From an uncultured archaeon (GTDB lineage Archaea; Asgardarchaeota; Lokiarchaeia; Sigyniarchaeales; SOKP01), in contig CAZDTP010000070.1 in the NCBI GenBank assembly GCA_964508365.1, forward strand, positions 1-16,794: a stretch of DNA of 16,794 nt, written 5' to 3'. Shown here piece after piece: positions 7,452 to 15,961 of this stretch. Under the pieces are notes generated by a model that saw only the letters and a program-made list of their open reading frames with translations, was not told where the DNA came from and ran no database searches. The translations under genes and the position numbers were made by a program. Each line of letters begins with the position of its first letter. Within the stretch, counting starts at the first letter, position 1.

Positions 7452-7997
7452 TCACTCTCTTGGTTTCTCTTCCCAGTCTTCTCTTAGGATGGCCATGATG
7501 ATCTCGTCGTAATACTTGCCATTATGATACCTTGCTTGCCGTTTTCTTCCTTCTTCGACAAATCCAACTTTTTGATATGATTTGTAAGCACGAATATTAA
7601 ATTCGTAAACGATTAATTCGATCCTATTCATATTTAATGTGTTGAACCCATACTCTACCAACATTTCCATTGCTTCTGTTCCATATCCTTTGTTTTGATA
7701 TTCCTTTTCTCCGATAGTAATACCGCATGAACACGCTCTATTTTTGCTGTCTATGTTTTGAATGGCACAATTTCCAATGATTTTTTCAGGATCTTCCTGA
7801 TCCAATAAAAGAATTGAGAAATAAACACTATCTTCTTTGTGTTTGAGCGAATCGAACCATTCTTCTTCCCAATCTCGGGTCAATGGTTTATACATTATTA
7901 AGTATTGCGTAATCTCGGGGTCGTTAAACCAATTTAGAAAAATATCAATGTGTCTCCTTTCAAGAGGAGCAAATTTAATCCGCTTTCCTTTAATCAT
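7452..7997 (-). CDS. GNAT family N-acetyltransferase, RimJ/RimL-like
   Basis: Motifs IGEKEYQNKGYGTEAM, F-x2-LNMNRIEL-x-V-x2-FN-x-RA-x2-SY-x-KVGF-x2-EG-x2-R and G-x-YYD. Confidence 0.92.
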   Translation of the reverse strand: MIKGKRIKFAPLERRHIDIFLNWFNDPEITQYLIMYKPLTRDWEEEWFDSLKHKEDSVYFSILLLDQEDPEKIIGNCAIQNIDSKNRACSCGITIGEKEYQNKGYGTEAMEMLVEYGFNTLNMNRIELIVYEFNIRAYKSYQKVGFVEEGRKRQARYHNGKYYDEIIMAILREDWEEKPRE

Positions 7998-8081
7998 ATA
8001 TACTAAGATTTCTACAAATTTTAAAAAATTAACGGATAAAAACAGTACGATATAAAATAAAATGTTATTTTAATATTTTAG

Positions 8082-8695
8082 TTAAGGAGTACTTTTAACC
8101 CTCATCTCGTCTTTTTTAGGATAATGATATGAGATTAATCCTACAAAAGATGAAGAACTAAAAATTGTAATCCATTCAAATATGGGGATATAGAAAAATA
8201 GGAAAAGAATATTTATTGATGCCCAAACGATACCATAATAACCAATTATTCTCGGGAAATTAGCGTATTTTGTTAGAATAATTCCTCCAAATAGCATTGT
8301 TGGTAGTAGGATAATGAAAAATGTTAGAGACCAGAATAAATGTGCATCAAAGTTATCTTCTGAAAAAATTCCAATCATAATATCTGAGAAGGAAAGGAAT
8401 ATTCCACTTATTATCAGAAGTACCAAGAATATCTTGCCTTTCTCCATATTATTTAGTAATTTTCTCAGCCCTATAAAAAAATCATAAGAAAAGAACCTGT
8501 AAGAATGCATCCAATATTATATATGATTGCTCCATATGGATTAAGAATTGAATTCCCCAAATCACTTATCCAATGATTAATAGGATCAATAAGAGATAAA
8601 TTAAAAAAAGCAGATATACAGGTACAAATCAAATAAATACTAATCGCAATATAACCAATTAATGAAGAGTTAATCAAACTTTTATCAATTTTCAA
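8082..8695 (-). pseudogene. DUF998-like membrane protein split by a 1-nt deletion in a T7 tract (ORFs 8471-8695 and 8082-8510)
   Basis: The N-part has WISDLGNS...NP-x-GA-x-IYNIGCILTG. Adding one T at 8475-8481 gives ...TGSFLMIFFIGLRKLL... and a continuous 204-aa multi-TM protein. Confidence 0.75.
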
Positions 8696-8797
8696 TTATA
8701 GTCACCAAGATTATTATAATACTATATCTATTTATGTTTAAATCTGGAATATTATTAATGTGCTGTTAGGTGTAAGTTTTATAAATTATATAGGAGA

Positions 8798-11659
8798 TTA
8801 GAAGTATATTCCTGATCGTCTTGCCATGTATTTGATGAATTCGAAGGAAACTATACAGATTAGCGAAATTAAAAAGCATACTAACCAATCCAAACCTGTG
8901 AGGAACATAAATCTAAAATTTAAACCCCATTCAGCGAGTGTTACTTGGACTCCCGGAATATATATAAGTGCGAGAAACACGGCAAATAAACACCCAATTA
9001 GAACGTACATGAAACGGGTGCTGTCTTCTTTTATACTTCGAATTAACGATTTGTTTGGTCTCCGAATTTGTAAAATTAAAAACGATTCGCAGAAGTAAAT
9101 AGTTACCATTAACATTGTAAGAGTTTTAACTTCGTTCAGAGAAATTCCACTTCCATCTGGGAATGTAAGGGGAGAAAATAAATAAGCTTCGTTTAAATCT
9201 CCGAAATTGATAACAGAAACTTCAGGACCCAAAAGTGTCGTGAAATAAACGACGATCATACTAATCGCCAATAGAGCTCCAAAAATAAACAAAAGGACGA
9301 CTGTATTTTTAGATAATATCTCTTCCTCGTCATGGGGTGCCTGCTTCATTAAATCCTTAGAATTACGATCGAACGTGAGTATTAAACCCGGAAAAATGTG
9401 AACCGTTATCGAGAGGAAAATCCATTGGAAATAGAATGGGGGGTCTAAAAAGTAAGGGAAGTTCAAAATAACAGATAAAATAAATTGGACAATGCCTTCA
9501 AAAACATTTATGCAGATATAGAAAAATACCACTGCTCTGATGCGAGCAAAAATACCCCGTCCTTGTTCAATACCTGTAACGATTGATATAAAAGAATCGT
9601 CGCTAATTACCATATCACTCGCTTCTTTCGCAACATCAGTTCCTTGAATACCCATAGCTATTCCTGCATCTGCCATATTTAAAGCTAGAGCGTCGTTAAC
9701 CCCATCTCCAGTCATAGCTACAACTTGATTAGCTTCTTGGTATTTTTCGATTATATCCTGCTTATGCTCTGGAGATACTCTAGCAAACACTTTAATTTTT
9801 TGAAAATCATAAAACGATTTAACATTCTTTATTTCTTTACCTTCTAATACAATTTCGTCTTCGTTTTTAATAATAGAGATTTGCTGGGCGATAGCTCTCG
9901 CCGTGGTGGGCGAATCTCCAGTAATCATTACAACATCCACCCCAGCATTATGACATTGTTCAACGCTTTGTTTTACGCCTTCCCGAGGAGGATCATATAT
10001 CGTTACAAACCCAATATAAATCATATCCGACTCGCACAACTTTCTACTTTCCTCGTATTCTAGTGGAATTGTATCTAATTTGTTATAACATAAACTTAAA
10101 ATTCTATATCCCTGTCCTGCGTAGATATCTGAAATCTTTAAAACTTTATCTTTAATTTCGTCTGAAAATTCTAACTCTTGGTCTTTATATATGACTTTTT
10201 TGCATAATGGTATTAATATCTCACTTGCACCTTTGGTAAAAGAATAAAATTTACCCTCTTTTTTATAAACTTTAGTCATTCTTTTAACCTTAGAATCAAA
10301 AGGGTGCTCTTTAATATACTCAAAATCGTCTAGGAGATAATCACCCATTCCCTTTTGAAAGAGAACCATTAATGCACCTTCAGTAGGAGATCCAATTACA
10401 TTCCAATTCTGGATAGTTTTACCTGATATCTCGAGCTCGTTTTTGACTAAAGCAGAGTTATTGTTCAAGAACCCTGAAGTTAGAAGCAACTTGAGTTGAG
10501 GATAATCATCTATGTGTTTCACATATACAGAATTTTTCGGATCGTCAACTAATATTATATCTCCCTCAGGACTATAACCACTACCAGAAACCTTATATGT
10601 AGAACCATTTGTCCATACATGCTGGATGCTCATTTGATTTTTTGTTAAAGTCCCTGTTTTATCTGAACAGACTACACTTACTCGACCTAAACTGTCTACT
10701 GATGCAAGATTTCTGATGATGACACCATGATGTGCCATAGCTACAACGCCTGTCAACAAAATAATTGTTACAAGGAGGGGTATATTGATAGGTAGTAAAT
10801 CCATGGCAGAATTTAGACTTTTGACTATATCTAACTTACCTGTAGCGCCCCATAGAATCAAGAGAATAAAAAACCAAAAACCGATAACAATCAATCCTAG
10901 CCATTTACCAAAATTATTCATTTTTGCTCGAATTGGAATCTCGCTCGTTCCTGCGTCTTCTAAACCTTGTGATATTTTTCCTATTTCGGTATCCTTTCCC
11001 GTTTTTACTGTTATTGCCGTTGCATTGCCAGTAGTGATAAAAGTTCCGTAAAACACCATATTATGTCGTTCAGCGATAGATACATCATCGTTTTTTATTG
11101 CGGTTCCAATATAGACTTTTCTGACTGGCTCAGATTCTCCCGTTAAACTGGATTCGTTAACTTCTAGGTTTGAAGATTGAATAATTCTCCCATCAGCAGG
11201 TATTCGATCTCCTTGCTTAAGGACTAATAAGTCGCCAATAACTACATTTTTAGTTATAATATCATTTTTTTGACCATTCCTTATTACAGTGGTTGTAGGT
11301 GCAGTCATTTCTCGTAGTGCGTTTAATTTTTTTGTTGCTCGGTATTGCTGTATGATTGCTACAACACAATTGAGAGCTACTATCCCTAAGGTTAACACAA
11401 CGAATAATAATTGTCCTTCGCCCATTATGATTGCTGCTAAAAAAAGTATTAACGAGGCGAAAAGATAAATTACGATTAGCCAATTAAATAAGGGAGCGAG
11501 ATAAATTTTGATAAAACCTTTAGAAGCTTTCGGGATCTCGTTAAATCCGTAAAGTTCAAGTCGCTTTTGGGCTTCTTCATTTGTTAATCCTTTAGTTGAG
11601 TTCGTTTCAAATCTTTGATAGATTTGCTCTAACTCCATTTTATAGTAGACTTCTTCCAT
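8798..11659 (-). CDS. P-type ATPase, P2A-like scaffold with non-canonical transport site (M4 PINIP)
   Basis: Motifs LTGES, CSDKTGTLT, KGASE, MITGD, FARVSP-x-HK, TGDGVNDA and A-x-EA-x-DMV-x2-DD. About 10 TM helices. Confidence 0.95.
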   Translation of the reverse strand: MEEVYYKMELEQIYQRFETNSTKGLTNEEAQKRLELYGFNEIPKASKGFIKIYLAPLFNWLIVIYLFASLILFLAAIIMGEGQLLFVVLTLGIVALNCVVAIIQQYRATKKLNALREMTAPTTTVIRNGQKNDIITKNVVIGDLLVLKQGDRIPADGRIIQSSNLEVNESSLTGESEPVRKVYIGTAIKNDDVSIAERHNMVFYGTFITTGNATAITVKTGKDTEIGKISQGLEDAGTSEIPIRAKMNNFGKWLGLIVIGFWFFILLILWGATGKLDIVKSLNSAMDLLPINIPLLVTIILLTGVVAMAHHGVIIRNLASVDSLGRVSVVCSDKTGTLTKNQMSIQHVWTNGSTYKVSGSGYSPEGDIILVDDPKNSVYVKHIDDYPQLKLLLTSGFLNNNSALVKNELEISGKTIQNWNVIGSPTEGALMVLFQKGMGDYLLDDFEYIKEHPFDSKVKRMTKVYKKEGKFYSFTKGASEILIPLCKKVIYKDQELEFSDEIKDKVLKISDIYAGQGYRILSLCYNKLDTIPLEYEESRKLCESDMIYIGFVTIYDPPREGVKQSVEQCHNAGVDVVMITGDSPTTARAIAQQISIIKNEDEIVLEGKEIKNVKSFYDFQKIKVFARVSPEHKQDIIEKYQEANQVVAMTGDGVNDALALNMADAGIAMGIQGTDVAKEASDMVISDDSFISIVTGIEQGRGIFARIRAVVFFYICINVFEGIVQFILSVILNFPYFLDPPFYFQWIFLSITVHIFPGLILTFDRNSKDLMKQAPHDEEEILSKNTVVLLFIFGALLAISMIVVYFTTLLGPEVSVINFGDLNEAYLFSPLTFPDGSGISLNEVKTLTMLMVTIYFCESFLILQIRRPNKSLIRSIKEDSTRFMYVLIGCLFAVFLALIYIPGVQVTLAEWGLNFRFMFLTGLDWLVCFLISLICIVSFEFIKYMARRSGIYF

Positions 11660-11861
11660 TAGAAATTCTCCCGGGAATGAATATTATTTTTGATTTTATG
11701 ATAAAAAGTAATTATGATAAATACACTATAACAATTTTACTTTTTATTTTATAGTATTTTTATCTAGAAAAATTAGTAATGGAAAAATAAATTAGTATGC
11801 TTCAATTGAAAAAAAAAATTCTGCATTTGTGTAATAATACCTTTTTCTAATTTAAGACAAT

Positions 11862-14729
11862 TTAAAAAATTACATTTTTTCTTCTCGCTAAGTATTTAAA
11901 AAGCTCTATTCCAAGTAAACCTGGTAGCGCCATCAAAATACAGATTATCCAATCAGTGCTACTCAAAAAGAGAAAGTTGATTTGTAAATCTAAGCCAAAT
12001 TCTTCGTTCACATAATAATTAACATCTTTTGAAAATAAAACAAATAAAACGTGTAGGGCGAGCGTAAATAAGCTTATTACGAGTAGGGTTAACGAAAATT
12101 CGTTTTTAAGGCTTTTGATAAGTGATTTGTTAGGCCTTCTGAATGTCCAGATGAAGGTAGTTTCAACAATGTAAAGTGTGGTGATAAACATAGTTCTTGC
12201 TTTTTGTGCTAATAATTTGGGTTGTGTTGATCCAACTGGAATATAACTAATCGCAGGATTAAGATTCCACTCATTCAATGGGATAAAACCTTCTAATGTA
12301 AATTGAAGAGCTGCTACCAGTCCAATTCCCATTAAAAAAGCTTGTATTATTAGTAAAATCCACATATTCTTGTTTAAAAGCTGTTGTTCGTCTCGAGGTG
12401 GCTCTTTCATTACATCTGTGGGATGTTTATCAATAACTAACGCTAATGCTGGAAGTGAATGAACTATCGCGTAAATATAAATATGCTGCCACTCTGAGCT
12501 GAACAAATCAAATAATGGGACAAACTCATAAGCGAAAAAGATAACTGTTTCCATTAAATTTAAACAAATGAAAAAAAATATTATATTTCGAATTCTCGCA
12601 AATAAACCACGTCCAATTCTAACTCCTTTAACAATTGAAGTAAAGTCATCATCACTTACTACCATATCAGCGGTTTCTTTAGCAACGTCTGTTCCAGTAA
12701 TACCCATAGCAATACCCGCGTTAGCGAGTTTTAATGCTAATGCATCATTAATACCATCGCCTGTCATGGCGCATATATGACCTTGGGATTGATATTTTTC
12801 CACAATTATTTCCTTATCTGAAGGATTTACTCTAGCAAACACAGAAACTTTGTTAAATTCTTTAATACTCAATTTGGAGACCTCAGCTCCTTCTACAATT
12901 AAATCTCCCTCTTTATAAATTCTCATTTGCGACGCAATAGTCTTAGCTGTTGCAGGGTGATCGCCTGTGATCATAACGACCTTTATACCACCTGATTCAC
13001 ATTCTTCTACCGATTCTCTTACTCCAGGTCTGGGAGGGTCTAGAATAGATACATATCCTAAAAAAGTTAAATTATTTTCTACTTCCTCTCGTTTAAGATC
13101 ACCAATTTCTTCAAATTTCTTATAACCTATAGCTAAAGTTCGATATCCTTGGGTTGCTCGAGTTTGTATTTCTTTCAGTAGTTTTTCTTTTATATCATTA
13201 GTTAGAACATTTTCTTTACTATTTATTTCAATTATATTAGCGATTTTTAAGATTATTTCAGGAGCACCTTTTGAAAAGGCGATTTTATGAGAATTGTCTG
13301 TTTTAAGCTCGCATACAGTAGTCATTCTCTTAAATTCGGAGCTAAAAGAAAATTCCTGCAATATTTTATATTTATTTTTTATATCGTATGGTATATACCC
13401 TGCTTTTTCAGCTAAAACTAACAATGCAGCTTCGGTCGGTGAACCTAAAGCTTTTCTTACCGCTATTTCTTTTGAAGTTTTTAACTTCACCTTTACATCT
13501 TCATATACTAGTTTTGCATTATTATTTAACACACTTGAATCAACAAAAGTTAGAAAAGTGCTATTGTTGCGTAAATTCTGAATGTCTCCATTGATGAGAA
13601 TTTCACCCTCAGAATCATAACCCGAGCCTGTAACAGTATATTCCTTGTTATTTATCCAAAACCTCTCTACTGTCATCTCGTTTTTGCTAATTGTTCCCGT
13701 TTTGTCCGAGCAAATGACTGAAACACGTCCAAGAGATTCGATAGCTGATAGATTTTTGACTATTACGCCACTTTGAGCCATGTTAAGAACACCTGTAACA
13801 AGAACGAGGGTCGACAATAATGGAAGATTAATGGGCATAATACCCATTGATCTTAAGATTGAACTTGTAATTGCATGATTTATATTATTGCCAAAAAATA
13901 ATCCTTGCAATCCTAAGACACTAAATTTGTAGAATATTAGAATTATTAAATTAATAATTACAATCGTCCCAAGGATATATCCTAATCTATTAAGTTTTTT
14001 CCTAAGTGGAATATCCTCAATTGAACCCATCTCGTTAAGTTGATTCGAAATTTTACCAATCTCAGTATTTAATCCTGTTCCAGTGACAAGCGCTGTTCCT
14101 CTTCCAGTGTTTATATATGTTCCCATAAACACCATATTATTTTGTTTTTGGATTGGTAAATTCATTTCTTTTATGTTTTTATTGCTTTTTTCCACTGGCT
14201 CACTTTCCCCAGTTAATGGTGCTTCGTCAATGGTTAAGTTGATAAAGTTAATAATATGAGCATCCGCTCCAATCTTATCACCTTGTTCTAATATCATAAT
14301 ATCTCCTGGAACCAGTTCTTTTGTAGGTATTTCGAACTGAATACCATCTCTTAGAACAATGGATTTTAGAGCAGCAATTTGTCTTAGCGATTCCAATGCT
14401 TTTTGGGCTCTGAATTGTTGTGTGATAACCGTTATCGAATTTATTATTACTACAGTGAAAGTAATGATTGTCGAGGTTTGATCTCCCAGAATGAATACAA
14501 TAGCAGCGGAAATTATTAAAATTATGATTAAAAAATTGAAAATTGGTGCTAAATAGATTTTCCACAGAGATTTTTTAATTTTTGGTAGTTCATTATAGCC
14601 ATATTTGATAAATCTCTTTTCTATTTCAGAATTTTTCAAACCATTGTTAGAATCTGTTTGGAATTTTGAAATTAAATCGTCAATTGATTGGAAATATGAA
14701 TTATCAGAACGAGATTGTGTTTGATTCAT
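11862..14729 (-). CDS. P-type ATPase, P2A-like scaffold with non-canonical transport site (M4 PINLP)
   Basis: Motifs LTGES, CSDKTGT, KGAPE, MITGDH, FARV-x-P-x-DK and TGDGINDA. About 10 TM helices. Confidence 0.95.
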   Translation of the reverse strand: MNQTQSRSDNSYFQSIDDLISKFQTDSNNGLKNSEIEKRFIKYGYNELPKIKKSLWKIYLAPIFNFLIIILIISAAIVFILGDQTSTIITFTVVIINSITVITQQFRAQKALESLRQIAALKSIVLRDGIQFEIPTKELVPGDIMILEQGDKIGADAHIINFINLTIDEAPLTGESEPVEKSNKNIKEMNLPIQKQNNMVFMGTYINTGRGTALVTGTGLNTEIGKISNQLNEMGSIEDIPLRKKLNRLGYILGTIVIINLIILIFYKFSVLGLQGLFFGNNINHAITSSILRSMGIMPINLPLLSTLVLVTGVLNMAQSGVIVKNLSAIESLGRVSVICSDKTGTISKNEMTVERFWINNKEYTVTGSGYDSEGEILINGDIQNLRNNSTFLTFVDSSVLNNNAKLVYEDVKVKLKTSKEIAVRKALGSPTEAALLVLAEKAGYIPYDIKNKYKILQEFSFSSEFKRMTTVCELKTDNSHKIAFSKGAPEIILKIANIIEINSKENVLTNDIKEKLLKEIQTRATQGYRTLAIGYKKFEEIGDLKREEVENNLTFLGYVSILDPPRPGVRESVEECESGGIKVVMITGDHPATAKTIASQMRIYKEGDLIVEGAEVSKLSIKEFNKVSVFARVNPSDKEIIVEKYQSQGHICAMTGDGINDALALKLANAGIAMGITGTDVAKETADMVVSDDDFTSIVKGVRIGRGLFARIRNIIFFFICLNLMETVIFFAYEFVPLFDLFSSEWQHIYIYAIVHSLPALALVIDKHPTDVMKEPPRDEQQLLNKNMWILLIIQAFLMGIGLVAALQFTLEGFIPLNEWNLNPAISYIPVGSTQPKLLAQKARTMFITTLYIVETTFIWTFRRPNKSLIKSLKNEFSLTLLVISLFTLALHVLFVLFSKDVNYYVNEEFGLDLQINFLFLSSTDWIICILMALPGLLGIELFKYLARRKNVIF

Positions 14730-14828
14730 CTCAATATCTATCCCAACTTAACAACGCATTAGAATTTTATAAATATTGATTTAAACATTTATAATTATAT
14801 AATTTTTTCTCTAAAACTAAGTTATCTG

Positions 14829-15797
14829 TTATGATTGAATATTAAATTCTGATGGATCTCCTAATAAATATTTTAAGATGTGATATTTTTTTCTAATGGT
14901 CGTACTTGAAAATCTGCTTGTTTGTTCAACAATACTTTGAGTAAAAATCTTGCTATTATCTAAAGTTTGGCCAATATAGTAAATAAGTCCTGCAGTAAAA
15001 GCCTTGTAATTCATGTTTAAAATTTGCTGGTAATTTATTTTCTGCAAAATTTTATCTACTAATAGTTGCATTTCCAACTTTAATTTTATGTAATCTAATT
15101 CGCTTGAAAAGTGTTGTTCAACTCTTTGGTAAAGTATATTGTTTAAATCCTTCTGAAATAGAATTTTAATTTTATTTTTTATCTCTTCTTCTAGATTTAT
15201 AGCGTTTTTATAATCTTTTAACCTTTTATCCGTTCTTTTGACTTTTAGCATTGCATTGTTGAGCATCTTTTTGTTTATTTTATGTCCTAACTCTTTAGAC
15301 ACTTTGATGAAGTCTTCAATCCTCACATTTGTGGTTTCTTTTATTTCCATCCAAATGATTGCAAGAAAAATAATTACCATATTTTCATAAGTCTGTCTAT
15401 GATATTTGTTATATCGGAGATACTTGTCCTTTATTTCATTGTATTTAACATTGTCAATATTTAATCCAATACCATTATTTTTTAGCATGCTGATAGTTTT
15501 CTTTTGCTCCGTAAAACTATTCTGAGAATCATTAAACCATTTGGACAAAGTTTTAATTTGCTCAAAACGAGCTTTCGTTTTTGGATCTTGAATAGCTCTT
15601 GAGTCACTTATTCTTATTTTTCTTTCGTATTCTAATTGAGATTCTGTATAAAAGTCAGGTGGCGGAGTTTTCTCGAAAGCGATTTTATCTTTATCAATTA
15701 AACCACAATCTTGACAGACAAAATATCCACCCTCTTGCTTAACATTCTTGTGCTCACAATCGGAAATTTCTTTATTATTGCTATTCAAGAAGATCAC
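14829..15797 (-). CDS. Divergent TFIIB/TFB-like protein (Zn ribbon plus two cyclin-like repeats)
   Basis: C14-x-H16-x11-C28-x2-C31 ribbon. The C-terminal AGLIYY...TQ-x-IVEQTSRFSSTTIRKKYH-x-L resembles the TFB second repeat/HTH. GTG start. Confidence 0.7.
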   Translation of the reverse strand: MIFLNSNNKEISDCEHKNVKQEGGYFVCQDCGLIDKDKIAFEKTPPPDFYTESQLEYERKIRISDSRAIQDPKTKARFEQIKTLSKWFNDSQNSFTEQKKTISMLKNNGIGLNIDNVKYNEIKDKYLRYNKYHRQTYENMVIIFLAIIWMEIKETTNVRIEDFIKVSKELGHKINKKMLNNAMLKVKRTDKRLKDYKNAINLEEEIKNKIKILFQKDLNNILYQRVEQHFSSELDYIKLKLEMQLLVDKILQKINYQQILNMNYKAFTAGLIYYIGQTLDNSKIFTQSIVEQTSRFSSTTIRKKYHILKYLLGDPSEFNIQS

Positions 15798-15961
15798 AAT
15801 GAATTAATCTAATTATAATCTATCATATCTATTCAAAAAAAGTATTAATCTTTAATTTATAAATATAGCATAAAAAAAACCATCAAATTAAATATTATAT
15901 AAAAGATTTAAAAGAAAATAATGAGTATAAAATATAACTAGAAAAAAACGAGCGATTAGTC

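Noticed and set aside
599-7454. Selenocysteine readthrough at the TGA stops of the DUF1326 and GNAT genes
   Set aside because: The stops fall at the expected family lengths, not at Cys positions. The extensions are 2-5 codons and I could identify no SECIS.
6432-8055. ORFs 6432-6650 (-) and 7837-8055 (+)
   Set aside because: Antisense to the well-supported LLM and GNAT genes.
8826-14565. Eight short ORFs overlapping the two ATPases (8826-9098, 9881-10063, 10785-11051, 11262-11483, 12568-12780, 13294-13581, 13388-13594, 14278-14565)
   Set aside because: They lie wholly within long conserved CDSs, their translations correspond to the opposite strand, and they show no family signal.
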